From Lingula anatina (taxonomy: Eukaryota; Animalia; Brachiopoda): a DNA stretch of 64,000 nucleotides. The position numbers and the translations under genes are program-made. The notes under the pieces were generated by a model. The model searched no databases and was not told where the DNA came from. It saw only the letters and a program-made list of their open reading frames with translations. Positions 25,701-40,600 of the stretch are shown here, piece by piece; position 1 is the stretch's first letter; each line of letters opens with the position of its first letter. The stretch covers positions 65,760,788-65,824,787 of the forward strand of contig CM120640.1 in NCBI GenBank assembly GCA_051362555.1, written 5' to 3'.

Positions 25701-28700
25701 TGGGCAAAGAGAAGTTTCTGTCAAGTAACAAATGTTAAAAGGTAACGTATATCATGTTTCTAGTCAAGTTGAGTTGATCTGAGTTAGTACCGCTCATTTT
25801 AACTGGTCTTAAAGCCTTCTAATTTTGATGAACTCGCCACAAAAAGCCAGTGTGAGCACATTCATTCCTCTGTCATAATCATCCTTCTTTTTAATTTCCT
25901 GTGAAATGCAAGTGATATGTTGAATTGTGAACACAACAACAAGCTTGTGATAATTTGGCTAAAAAATACTGTGGTACAGCCAATCCATCAGGCTTTCCTC
26001 TTGGGAGAACCAGGAGCTTTCAACCTTCTTCTTTGTTTAATTGGGAAAAGTGTCAACTTCCATATTTTTCCAATTGCAGTATTCCCAGTGATGGACTCTG
26101 GTTTCATCCCCAGAGATTATTTTGCACAAAGCATCCTTTTGTTCTTAGAGCACTGAAATATGTCATCTGCCATGAAATTGTGTTGTCTTTGTGCACAAAT
26201 AGCAGACATTTAGAAGGTGCAGGGGTTCTTTTTCTGTATTATCCCTGGACTGCGGAGGCATCTTTTGTGTTCAGTCTAGTCAAACGGCTAATTTTACACC
26301 CAAGCCATTATGAAGGATGTGCTGAGATCTGGTTGTAGAAGCAATAGCAGGGTGATGGTTACACCTGGAGACAGGGAAAATGTGCTTGTGATTATGACAT
26401 CAATGATGGTAGGGTGTGCAATTTAATACCTTTCATGTGCTGCTATTGGAAATATTGAAGTGTTAAGAAGTAACCTGAGTGCAGATGATTTGTTTATAGT
26501 TTGACACTAGGTTTGGATTACATTCATGGATAATGTTGGTTGCATTTTAGGCTCTGCCACTGTTTTGGATTTTGGAGCTTGATGAAAACCTGTGCCATTT
26601 CAACTGTAATTTAAAGTGCTGCAGATATCTGCTCTGACCCTTATTCATAAGGCAGCTAGAACTCTAAAGTAATAACATGTTCAGCAAAGTTAGTAGAATT
26701 ATATTAACAAATACTATGCAGATTTCTTTTGGTGTATTAGCTTCAATTGACATTTTAAGAAAAAAAATTATCAAAAACCCTCAGTAACTTCTGGATGAAA
26801 TTTGAAACTGGTTCTTCCTTTCAGGAACAAAAGAACTTTTGAGTTAGAAGATATTTTCCTAGGGCAAAATAATTTTATTTTATTTATAAACACACATACA
26901 AATACACACAAGAAACTCCCCAAAAAAACTATTGACCTTAAACCAGTATGACCATACTGGCTTAGTAACATCATGGTCTTTATCCATAGATTTAATACAT
27001 TAATAAGTGACCAAATTTAAAGGAATTCAGTATTGTATTTTTTACCGTAAAAGACATAATTGACTTATTTAAGGAAACCTTACTGGACGTTACCATAGCT
27101 ACTATGTAGAGTTGAAGGTTAAAAGTGCATATAGTGGCACTGATGCATCCACGTTCAGTAATTTTATGCTTTTTGCTTTCGTAACAACAATGAACAGTTT
27201 TACCTTTCACTTGAAGTGATTAGTCCAAAGAGTAGAAGTTGAAAAAGAAGACCTTGCATTCTTTCTAAGGAAGTTTATTATGCTGAAAATCTCATGTATC
27301 AGCATACAATAGAAGGAATGTGGTGGGATTGTTTAAATTTGTGGTCTGCATTTTACTTTGTGCATGAATAGCTGAACTTTGATCTCTGCTGTGTGATTTC
27401 ATTCTTAAAAATCTGCCATCAAGTTATTGTGTGGTCAGAATGAGAATGGAAACCTGCCACATTTGGGATTTTCTGAAATATTTTGCATTCAGATGTACCA
27501 GCTGTTTGTTTTCATATGGTCAGTGTTTGAAGAAAGTATACGCTGAATAATAAGTCAGGGTGGGAGTAAATTAGAAAACTAACTACCAAGACATATTTTA
27601 GACCTCTGATGTTTAAAAGCCAAAAAAATCTTGCTGCTTCAACATGGGGCTGCAGGGCCAACAATGGCCATTTTTATCAGTGGATTTTTATAACTGGATT
27701 AGGGTCCCTTTGTAATTCTTGTTTTGAAAAGCTTGATTGATAGTTTTAAATTTCTTTTTGCAAGTGAAAAATGTGTTCTTAGGTAGTTCTGAGTATATTT
27801 CTTGATATTGAACATGTGCACATGTTATAAATAGCATTGGGTTGTTTTCTATCAATCTGTGAGTCAGTCTGGCTGCTGTGGGTGCCATGCTGGGTTCAGA
27901 CCTCACTACATCAGTTGCTGGAGAGATGGTTGTCGCTCTATTCCTCTTGTTCCTGTGTGATAGCAGTTTGGCTTCTAAAAGGCATCTTTGCTAGCTGGGT
28001 TAAGGAACAAGGTAAACAGAGTGCCTGGCAGTTGTATTGATTAGGCAGCGTTAATTGGTTGACAGCTGATCTTGTTATTACATCTGGGCTTTTTTCAGAG
28101 GACATGGTTTGTCAGTGGCAGAAATGAACTTCAAAATCTGAAATTTAATTAAGCAGTATAATAACACACTGAAATTGCTATTTCAAACTGCACTTTGAAA
28201 TGTGAAATTGCTATAATTAGCAAAGGCCCAAGAAGTGGGTATTTTGCAGAAGCAACTCTTTTGTGTTCAACTCTTGTTTGTTTGAAATATATCTCTCTCC
28301 CTGTAAAAAAGCATTGATTTGCAAATAAACTGATTTGGGTAAATGTAGAACATAAGAAAGCATCTAGAATTTCTTAGAATGATTGATTTCCTCTGTGAAC
28401 CATGCAGAAGAGCCACTTCTTTGGTTTCTAATTAAGAGTGACTAATTTAGGGCTTTGCTATCTAATTCTACAGAATCGGTGTCAGAGGCCATCACACACT
28501 AGATCGATGGTCATTGGATTAGAAGTAGGTTAAGATCAGAGCTAGGTCAATAGGAAGTAGAAAGCATGGTCTTCTGGAATAATAATTATGAAAATAATAA
28601 TGAGTGTGAATAGATGTTGTAATAACATGTGACGTAAATATTGTTTTATTGTGTTGGTTCACTACATTATGAGCAGCTGACATATATGGCCTTTTTCAAT

Positions 28701-31700
28701 CAATATATACCAGGCCTATCTGAAAGCTGAGTGGTCAGATGTGAGTAACAGACATTACTAATATCACAAGAGAGAGATAGAGAGAGAGAGAAATACTCCT
28801 ACAGAAGTCTTCTGGTGTTACTAATGTCACTGTTAAGAGCCACCGCCAAGTTGACTTTCTATGGCACAGTGGTTTGGCTGCAAGGCGTAATCAGTGACAA
28901 CATTGTATACAGCCAGTGAAGAGGAAGGAAGTGCCAAGGTTGCCGTGACTTAGATTTAGTTCATTGCGTGTAAAAGGATGTGTTTCCCACTGCAGATCAG
29001 TTGTGAAGGCAGTGCCTGCTTGTAGCTTTTGTTCAAGGTAAGAACACAAACTTGAGTAACATTCTGATGGGAATGTTGCAGCTTGGGTGCTCACCCTGTT
29101 TATAGTTTATATATTAATAATGCCCCTTCTGCTGTTAAATATAAAAATAGCTGGCACTCTTGGTGAATTAGCTTGAACAGTTATGTTTAATATCCTGTGG
29201 TAGTGGGATAATATCAGAACTGAAACCTCCTGGAATTTGAGTTGTTTTAATGGCCATATCTTCTGAAGGTAGGGACACCTGATATCCTGACTTGCTTGCC
29301 TTTAAAACTGACCTAGTTTCGTTGTGGCTGTACAGAGGGCTATGCAGGCAGACGTGGCTGGTTCTGACATCCAAACTTCAATATTGGCAAGTTTTATCTG
29401 TGCTTAGGAAGGAATAGAATACTTTAAGGTGAGCCTTTGTAGGAGGGAATTGATTTGTTCACTGGCAAATTATATATGGCCAATTCTCAGTGGGCTAAAA
29501 GTGCTTTTGTCATATTAACTAGGTCTGTTAATCTCCATCTTATCACGTATTAGAAGGTAATCCTGTATGTTATTACAGGTAGCACACTACACATTAATGG
29601 CAGTTACTGCACTAAACTGACCTCTGAATTACTGTACTTTGTTTTGTGTCTGTAGAATAGACTTTGCCTTACTGCTACTTAATAGGCTCTTTACCTTCAG
29701 TGTTGTGGCATTGAAAGACTTTATTACTGTAGTACACATGTACGTTTGTGTATGTGAGTGTGTGTGTGTGCACATGTGAGACTGTGTGCCTGTAACTTCT
29801 AAATATGATCTGCTCCAATGGATATACATGTGTGCATGAAGTGATAGACCCAAAATGGTCTAAATCCAAATAAACTATGCGACATTATACAGATATCACA
29901 ATATGTTGTACATAAGAAATGAATAGCAAAACTGTAATTATATTGTTAATGAAGTGGAGTCAGTCAAATGATGGTGAACAGGATATTAACTGGATGCACA
30001 GCCTCCCCCCCCCCCCCCCCCCCGACCCTTATACATTCTAAGGCTGGATCTGCCAGTGGTTTTGCCTGACAGAACACCTCTGCTTGCATTCAGTTGTATC
30101 ATATGGCACCTCTGTGTATAGTGAATAATTGGCCCCAGATGACTCAGTTTGGTTCAATTTCCTACCAAAAAAGCCCTCTATACACATATATATCAGTCCT
30201 AGTTGGATTGGATATGAGTCAGACTATATAAAGTAAGTGTAGGTTAATCTGTATTGTATTTGGCTTGAGGCAGACATTGCTTCCTTTTGTTCTTGAAGTG
30301 TAATGTTCTAATTTATAGTGAGTACAAACTTACTCAAGGCAAGTAGCCAACATGATGCTGATTTTATGAGCTATTTTAAAATTAACACTGTCATAAAGAT
30401 ATTTGTCATTTCTTGGATTTTTTAAATTTTGATATTTTATCAAACATTTTGGTACTAATTGTGTGGATTTTAATGAGCAACGTGTTTATATGCAGCACTA
30501 TTATATATATATATTGTCTAAAACATATGTAATAACTATTTGGTTCATGCTATTAGCAGGTTTTCAACAACTCCGTCAGGTGTTTGGTTTATCACTGGAT
30601 TGAGTTGTTTGTTCCTGAAGTGAGATTCATGCCATTGTTCTTTTTTTGCACATATGTATGTGTGAAACTATCATTTCATGTGACTAGTGGAATCCAGTCT
30701 TTTTGGTTTAATGTAATATGACTTGGTACAGTAACCAGGAAATCCTTAGTTATTAAGTTATAACAACTTTATAAACACCATTAACGCTGGAAAAATGAAC
30801 CATTTACAGGATTCAAGAAAGCAATAATCTTGGTACAAGCACTATGTGTTATTACTTTCATAATGGTTTTTTCCTTATTATCACATGGTCTGTGGCACAA
30901 TAGTTGCTCTGTACTTGTTGCAGTTTTGTTTTTCTCAGGAGAAGTTAAGGTGTTCTTTTACTGAAATCTGTTACTGTATATAAAAAACGATATAACCTGT
31001 GTTGAGTATAAACACTATTTGGTAATTTTTGTACTTTAAAGATCAATGCATCTTAGAAAAAAATATTTGATTCAATTTTGAAACATTAGGTTGCAGTTTA
31101 CCTTGAATGCTCCCTGGGTAATTTTGGCTTGTAGAGATTGATGTCATGACTTTTATGTTGACATTTGATATGATGGATATAATGTATCAAACCAATCTGT
31201 TACATAAGGAAGTCCAATTACTGGAAATGAAGTCATATAAAATGCTCGAGTTATGAAATTAACTTAGCGTAGAACATGAAATATGATCTTATTCTGTATT
31301 TTCACTTTTTTATATGAAAGTCTTCACTAGACACAACCTTATAATACTGACTCAGACATTTTTGGAAATATGTGTGTGAAATAAAAAAGGAAAAAAACAT
31401 GCTTGAAGTACACGAACATAAAAATAAATATATATAAAACCGTTGCCATAGTTATATTTCATTGTGATCATCATTAAGTCAGCATCTCCATATTGCAAAC
31501 TGCTATTATCCTAATACCTGTGGCATTATTATATTTATAGGAGCTGATTAGCAGATCTACCTTAGAAACACACAAGCTTGACCTGATGGCTGAAATCTCT
31601 GCCTTGAAGTTAAGACTGGCCACAGCAGAGAAGCAGAGGACAGAATGGGAGGCAAAATTTACTATAGCACAGGTATGGTTTAATTCCTTTGCTGTAAGTT

Positions 31701-34665
31701 TGTAGTAATAAATGTAATGGAAGGTGTCAATATAGTCTGTATGAAGTAAGTCTGTGGCAGAAGACACCAAATTTTCTTTACTACGCTGATGGATTTTTGG
31801 CTCCAACTGTAAAGTTGCGGCTGGCAGACAACAATTTCATGCAGAAGTTGACACTGCCAACTGTTAAACAGCAGCAGATGGGTCTGAAGTTAAAATCAAG
31901 ATATGAAGTAAATGTCCTAAATGTTAGGGGTTTTTTTTGTCTATTTTTGTAATACAACTTGTTAGTGATGTGTTTTTGAATCATGAAAGTATAAGACCAT
32001 AAAGTGGGATTGACATAATTTCAGCGCCAAATTCAAGAACTTCAAGAATTATTACGAGGAAAAGATGCTGATATAGCAGATCTAAAAACCAAACTATCCA
32101 AGAATGGAACAATCTCCTCTTACAATAGCTTAGACTCTACAGGTATGTGTGTAGACTTCTTTCAGTAAAGTGCTCTCAAGTGCTACCCCACTATATGGAT
32201 GCTTATTAATTCACAGCTTCTCTCTTCTTTAAAAAAGGTTATAAATAAGCAGACCAAGAAAAATAAGATTTCGATGAAAAACATGGTTTGAGCATATGTA
32301 TAAATGACAAGGGCATGTTTTAAATTTGTGGTAGCAGTAAAAGGAAAGGAAACTGTGCAGCACACCAAAACACATAGCAGATTTCCTCATTACAGTCACA
32401 TCAACCTTTGAAGTGCTTGCATTCATTTTTCCTATCAACCTTATGTTACTGAAGATAGCACACATAAATAACATTTCAAAGAGAAGTGAGCTGGCATAAA
32501 CCCAGTTAGTTAAGAGGGGTTTGTGTTCAGAGGCTGCTGCTTTTGGTTTCTAATCATGTGTTGTCTGCCAAGCTGTCAGGATGAGTGTTGTTAATTGGGC
32601 TGGGGCTATCTCCTGGCAAAAACATCCTGCCACTGTGGACTGGGTGATGAGAATGCCCTTTATTCATGTGAAAATGGCTCTGAAAAAGATAAACAACAAA
32701 TAGGAAAAAGACCTGGGTGTAAGGAATGGATGTTGGTTTGAGATTTTGGAAATATAGTTATTACTGTAAAGTTAACTGTGTGAAATGAAACGTGATCATA
32801 ATAAGGGGAAGTATTGGGATACAACACAATTTGCAGATTCTTATTAGCTGTAGAGATATCCTTTTATACATTAGTGTAATATTAAATAGTTAATGTAGAA
32901 TATAAATTGTAAATAAGGGACATGGGAAAACCTGAGGTGACTGCATTCCTGTTATTTATAAGTAATAAAAGGTACTAGTAGCTGTGTGTATTCGTAGGAA
33001 ACTGAGAATGACTGTTTTTTGTCTGTTATGTGTTAAGGATATTATGGAAGTTATGGAATGGATCAACAAGTACGAAGCCTCGAAAGAGAACGCACATTGG
33101 AACGATTAAAGAGGAAACGTAAGCTGTTTTGATCCAAATGCGCAACACATAGAAGCATGGGGTGTTGAACCATATCAGCAGAATTTCAAACACCTTTGTT
33201 TGAGCTGGGACGGTGCATGCATGTTTCAGTATTTGGCAAGCAGTTTCTATGGTTGTATGTGTACATTTTCTGCTTGTACTGACATTGGTCAATTTAAGGA
33301 AGTACAAAGAAGATTTTTCATGTACACATGCTTCTATTATTTTGTTGAAATCCTTTAATCTAACAAGATATTCTATTTTATAGATTATAACATATTATTC
33401 CATTGTGAAGCCTGCGTAGGGCTACCTTCTGCACTGACCTGTACTGCATGTGAACTTTACTATAACACAATAACATCATCTGTATTCATGATTGAAGAAG
33501 GAGATTAGAATAGAGTGATGCATACAATTGTAGTCCAGTTATAAGCTTGTTTTAATGATTATTGAGTGTATCATATGTAGGAGCTCCATGGTTCTTCTCC
33601 ATAAAGTGATTGATGCTAGGCCATTAGTTACACACATGTATAATGGTTGCCCAATTTCTTAAAAATATACTTAGATGAAAAGAAAAAAAAAACAGATAGG
33701 CAAAGTTTGTTGTGTTTTACACCTAAGTTTTGATTGAGTTGATTCCATTCTCATTTGAATTTTAGTTCATTTTGTTAAGCTGTATTTTCTAACTTTATTT
33801 ATTTTTGTGTTCCTCATAGTGAACTGCATCAGTAATCAGCAGTTGAAATGTAAGGATATTTTATGTTGTGCCTATTCCCCAATTTGTTCATTTTTTCCAA
33901 CAACTCCTCAAATCCTTTTCTAGAAAATTTCATCAAAGCTCATAAGTGCACATAAAAATTTAATGTCCCAACCACATCTTTTAAATGAAAATGTTGAGCC
34001 AGATAAGCTTGAGCTTGATGATATTTTCTCACAAGCCACTGCATTTGTTTGATCCCAGCAGAGAGTTATTAACTCACATGTCTAAACCTTTCAGTGTACA
34101 GTTTCTTTTTCTGTTTTTGATATATCTTAATTGAAGTTGTCCCAACTTATTTTTATTATTCTTTTTATGTAACCCATGTGGTTACCCATATTTCCTTTGT
34201 GAATAATTATTCGTCTTGATTCTTTGCTATAGTGTCAAATATTTCATCAGCCAAATTTTTACAGCTGCAAAACTCAAGTTATTTATGAGAAGTATGTGCT
34301 CGTAACATCCTGAGAAAAAAATATATCATGAAGATCTTAGGATCAAACATTCATCTTTGTTGAGCTAGATAGTTATGAAACATATATCAAAAGAGAGTGG
34401 GTAACCCAGACACCCCCCTCCCCCCCCCCTCCTCCTGCCCTGCATGCTGTCTGCATGACTTTAACTATAGGTTTACTTCAGAATTACGCTATTTATTGTA
34501 TCAGGTTATTGATCACATTTAATTTGCTACATATGGAATCCAGGGATCTAATCTGTTAGTGAAAAATGAAAATTAAAATGTCATCATATTTATTTGTGGT
34601 TTTTGTCAGGACTAGGATATGAGAGATCACAGATGGTTTACAGATTGTGAAATATGGTGTCTGAC

Positions 34666-34696
<31 letters not shown>

Positions 34697-37600
34697 TGAG
34701 AAGGGGTTAAATTAATCTTTCATTTTATTCTTTTTGTGAATTTCCATTTATTTCAAATGTTCTCTCTGTTCAATTAGACACAGAAGTGGATAAACTTAAG
34801 AGGGCTGTGGAGTCTTTAATGGTAGTCAATGAAGAGAAGGTAAGTAATTAAATTGGTGAACACAAAACTATTAATCTTTTTTTGTCATATTTTTTTATCC
34901 ATATCAACTTCAGACATGCTGAAAATTGCCGGCCGCCGGCCCTTGACCCACCAATCAGGCAGTCGGGCCGACAATATTCTTAAAATTTTAGTGTATGTCG
35001 GCCTAATTTGGCCGGAAATAATTTCTGACTCACCTAGTACGGTTATTAATTTTTCAAAAATCTTCCACCCAGTATGTTTATTAACTACCTATCGTACCGG
35101 TGGGAAATTATACAAGTCCCGCCTTTTATTTTCTTAAATTGAAGTATAATGAGAAGGAAATCGCGATCTCAACTCATTACCCTACTGTTCGACAAACAGC
35201 ACTGGAAAGTAGGTCAAGCGGAAGTCGCTCTCTGAACACTACGATACCTGTGTTGTCTGATTTCAGTTTCTATAAATAGACGTGCTTTCTCTTCAACAGT
35301 GACAACTACTCATATATATCGATTGAATAATGTCATGTCGCAAGGTGATAGGATCATATTTATAGCTAACGAGGTCATTTCAAGTGCAGCAAAGAAGTTG
35401 TGTCTGTTTTCAAACGTCAATTAGGCCTATTTCATGTGGATTTATGATTAAAATGATGTTAAATCACACTTTTATGTAAGTTAAACCCTTAGGAGTTTAC
35501 AGGTATGCAAAACAAACCTTATATCTGAGAATAAATTTACTTTCAATAACGTCTCCTAACAGCGTATGTCTATCGGAGGCAGTTTTGGTGCGTCTTCGGA
35601 CCCTGACGATTATGAAATTGAACTCGTATATCATATCCGTGGATGCTGTTCACACGAATGTACTATATATTTTCATCATTAGGCGGTGACAAAAATGACA
35701 TTTTGATACATTATTCAGAACGTATGGCAATTTTTTTTTTTGAAAATAAATTAGATATCCTGTTTTCAATATAAATAAATTATAATACTGAGTGAATTTT
35801 ACCTGCTGAAAGTTTTTTTTACAATGATAAATAGTTTTTTTTTCTCTTCCTTATTTTTATTTATATTTTTTATTCCATCCAGTACTTTTATTTTCTTTCT
35901 CTTCTACTTCTTTATTTTATTTATTTATTTTATTCCATCCAGTACATTTATTAAATTTCGAGACTTTCTCCACCCAGTACTTTTATTCCATCAGTACTTT
36001 TATTCGATACTTCAGAGTAATACAATTTACTGTTAAGCTCTATATAATGCAAGTTAAAGTCATGTGTAGGTTGGGATAATTTGACATTTTGTCTAAAGCT
36101 GCTGTAAGAAACTCAAAACTTGGAAAAGTGCTCTTGGGTAGTTTAGACGAATGATTTAGCTCAGGTAAGGCCTGGTTTAAGGTTAGTCTAGGAAAATTTG
36201 TTTTCTGTGAGTTTTGATGCCTTTTTGGCCCTTAGTTTACCTTTAAGTCATATATTACCCAGATGTTATCTGAGCAGTAAAATGTCTCTTCAATAATAGA
36301 TCTATTCAAAGATGCAGTTATTTGATTTTTAATCACCTAATTGCTACTCAACTGTCCTTTTAAAGTGTATAAAGCAGAAGTTAAAAGTGCGCAGTTTTTA
36401 CGCGAAATAGGGTAAATATACAAATTAATGCGAAAAACATTTGGGCCGGCAATATCTTGTCCGGGCCTGCAATATTCAGATCTAAGCAGGCCAATTGGCC
36501 TGCATTGCCCTTAGAGTTTTCAGCATGTCTGCAACTTCTTTAGCTCTGTTTTGACTCTTCTAGATACAATTTTGTTAAATACGAAAGTCCCTGATAGGTT
36601 TGCCTACCAAGTATTTTGTCTAAATTGTTTTCAACTATTCTGCAGGAAAGAAAGATCGAGGAATTGAAAAGAACTGTGCATAAGTATAAAAAACTAGAAG
36701 AATTGGTTGCCCAGATCCAAGGTAGAAAAGGTAGGAAATAGTTGTAACTTTAAACAAAAAGCTTTAGTTACAGTATGTTGTATAGGATTGCCTTATTTAT
36801 TTATTTAAAAAGAAATGTTCTCAATTTTTGTGAAGGGTAATCTGTATTTTGTAAATGACAGAGAAAATGCATTGCAATTTTAGCTTTTCAACTTCCAAGT
36901 CTCCATCAGGTATGCAACAAGTTTAATTGTTTTTCAGTTCTGGAGGGTTTCTATGATGATGCAGGCAGTGACAGCAGTTCAACCACAGAGAAATCTACAC
37001 CTTCTCTTCATGAGCCACACCCTCCACACACAGACCCCTGGGTAGGAAACCCATTATATGTATGGATGGATACATTTCATTAATAGCAGTACAACAGATA
37101 GGATCTGGAAACACAATAGCTGAAAATAAGATCCTTTTTGAAGTGCAATAAGACAGTAAAGAGAAAAAAGATTTTACCACAGTTAAGGAATTGATTATTG
37201 ACTGCACTAAATATACATATGGCACTTTATTTTATTGATATGTTACTGCACTTAAATTGACTGTTACACTCAATTTATGTTTCAGACACTTCAAACAAAT
37301 TCTACAGAGAAGCCCACTATGCCACATCCCAATGCAACTAGCACTCCAGGTTAGTGGTGTTTGCTATTCTTCATATTCTATTAGCTTATGTGTTTTAAAT
37401 AAAAGCATACCCCCCCCCCCCCCCCACACACACACACACACTACTGACAAAGGTACAGATTCCTGAAAAATAACACTTTCTTAATCTCTTTAACAGAATA
37501 CAGACAGCGGCCACTGCATATCCAGCCTGTACCCAATGGTAACCACACTGGCACCCCGCCCTCCGCCATAATGAACCTGCAGTCCCCCAGGAGGTCTCCA

Positions 37601-40600
37601 GGGATTATCAGGTCCAATAGTGCAGAGGACATCAAACAGCCTCCACATCATGTAGATTATGTACCTAAGGTAAGAGTTGCTCTAGCTGGTATCAGTGAGC
37701 TGATATACATTGTAAATATGAACCTATCTTGATTTAATGTGCTTACTGTTAAATTTTATGTCATCTATACTGTTTATGATTATAGGCTTTTCTGTATCAC
37801 CTGTCTAACTATGTTTGGCATTGACATTGTTATATTCAATTTATCGTGGAAACTTATTTTCATTTTATATATTTCACCATGATAATTATCTTCCTATAGA
37901 CACCACCAGCTTCTAAAAAGTTCCGCATTGAGGGTTCCAATACTCTACCAAAGGACCCCAACAAGTTGAGTCCTCTCACCCAGCAGCAACAGCAGGCATT
38001 GATGCAGATGCAGAAGAAAAACAAAGGTTTTTCATCCTTTGGTAAAGGTTTCTTAAAAATTAAACCTGGAAAATGGAGTACCTCTGCACCTAACCTAGGT
38101 GATGGCTTTTGCTTTCTTTCACCTCACTTCATGCACTTGAATACCCTGGCACACTTTCTGTACAGTTTATAAATTTATAAATATTTAAACTGTCTTTTTC
38201 TGTGTTTAGAGACTTTGGGCAACATAATGCAATATTTAAAAAATCAAAATACACAAAAAGGAAGCTATGCTAGGGTTATTTGGTAGAAGATGAAGCTCAT
38301 TTTTCCACCAGTTTTTATACCCTGCTTGACTGATTTCTGAGTTTGAATTGCATTTTTATTCCATGCAAACAGAAGTGTTGACTTTTTACATACTTGTTGT
38401 TTTTCTTCCCTTTTCCCATGCCAACTTTGCTTCTGTGTGAGCTTGATCTCCTATCTTATTTTATTGGTCAAGGTTTTATGTTTTATTACTGTGCAGGGCC
38501 TCCTTGTAGAGTTTTGTAATAGAAATTTATATTAGCACCTGTTTGGTGATCACCTGGAGGTGTCAACCATCTTTTACAGGTTATTCAGGTTGCTATTATT
38601 TACTTATTCATTGGGTCATCTGACATCAGGTTTCATTGTTTGAAGTAATGAAGAATATAATATTTGTTAGTCTCAATTCTGCATAGGTTCTGCATATTAA
38701 ATCCTCTATAACTGAAGGCAGTAAAAATGTCTTCAGGTATAGATAGCTGTCACGGCAAGCACTGCAATATTGTTTTGTAATTCTGCACACATTTCACACT
38801 GAGATGTTATCAGAACACCATTGGCTTGTTTTTATCTTTTTTCTTAAAAGGACATGTTTTGTGAATGTTGTATATTCTTTTGTTGATCTGATTTAAAGGA
38901 AGTGCGATGCGTGAAATTCTGTATTTGATAAAAGCGCTCACAGATCAATGGGTTAAGAAAACATCTAATATGAATTCATTTTTTATTTATTGTTCACTAG
39001 AATAATTTCCTTATGGTTGTTGCTTATTAAAGCACAGTTAATTGGGTTTGGCTAAATTGTTTGAAAAGCTTCATCACAGGTTGCAGCAAAAGAATGCATT
39101 GATATACAACATTGTTAAACAGTACATTCTATCTATCATTCTTACAAAATATTTGGACAAGCTAAAATGATTATGTTGCATTTCAGTCCGCATAGTGATG
39201 ATTTGTTTTCAAACGTTCCTTTAATGCACGATTCTTTGGATATTTCTTAAAATCTTGTTATTAAAGTGTTTCTGTAGTCACCAATTCTGTTGTTGAAGTC
39301 CCCTTTTTTGCCTCAAATATCATGAACTGTCCCTTTGAATCACAAGGTGTTGTGTTTGTGTGTGTGCACATCAAATCCTGTCATATCTTTCTAACCATAA
39401 ATATTATTGAACAGGAAAATTAACCCCTTTATGGGAAATTCATATTAATTATTTTTATGCCTGTGAGGTAATTTACAGACATTCTCTACAAGCAGCACTG
39501 GCATGCTGTATATAAAAAGTTCACAAATGTAATCAGTGCGTCTTCAATAGATTACCAATGGAGCTTTAGGTACAAACAAGGTATTAAAGTGCTTCTCATT
39601 CAGAAACTTTCACCAATTATTATTAATGTACGTTGTGTTTTCTTTACTGTTGCAGCTCAAACAGAGATGGAACTGGTTGTAGAACATGCTGATGGTCAAG
39701 ATCCACAACTAGATCAGGACAAGAAAAAACAGAAGGGAATCAAAAGGCTATTTGGAAAGTAAGAGCAATATTCTTTACCTTTTTGTGGCTTCTCACTGAA
39801 TTAGATTGGAACACACAACATTCTGATTAGTTGTTCTTTTTTCCTTGATTTATGAAAAAATTATTTATATATTGTGTGAAATGTTTTGGGTGAAATATCT
39901 TTGACAGTTGTAATTGAAGTGTAAATTCATTGCCAAATTATGAATGGAAAGAGATATCAAAATGATACATTATAAGAAGATAGTCTTAATATTTAACTTG
40001 GCCTCAGTTGAATATTCCTAACTGTTTAATGTCTTCTCTCTCAGGAAGGTGCGTCGCACTGGTTCTCAGGATACAGAAGGGGGTGTGGACCAACCAGGAG
40101 AGTTCCGCAGAGGGGGACTACGGGCCACTGCAGGAGCAAGACTAGGAATACGGGTTAATGAGTAAGGATGTGCATAAATAGTATTAACTCAGTTTAGAAT
40201 AAATACTTTCATAAAATTTTGTAAACAAGCTGTATAAATGCTGATACTGGAAATAAAAGTACTAATGGTTAAAAATGAGCAGGGTTATAAAGAAAAGTAA
40301 AAAAGGATCTGTTGTTTGAAATAGTTTCAAACTATATCTACAACAAAGGCTGTTTCCTTTTTATTACTTAAAATAATTTCTTTTCAAGTGGATTTGATGT
40401 CCCCTTCTCAAGAAAAGATGGTGAACAGGTGGCGCTGTGGTTGCATGAGATAGGCCTAACAATGTACATTGGTGACTGCAAGAGATGGGTGAAAAATGGT
40501 GCTCAGTTGCTTAAAGCAACTCCTCATGATTTAGAGAAGGTATTCTATAAGATTTATGTTATATGGTACTTCTCAGTAACAAGAATAGCTAATGTTGATA

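Noticed and set aside
27837-28040. Hydrophobic ORF as an alternative liprin first exon
   Set aside because: It has no ATG start in frame, and the donor at about 28012 is phase 1, incompatible with the phase-0 acceptor at 31541.
36884-36909. 26-nt microexon before exon 36938
   Set aside because: The following intron would be only 28 nt and the frame would shift. At most this is an in-frame alternative acceptor, which cannot be supported here.
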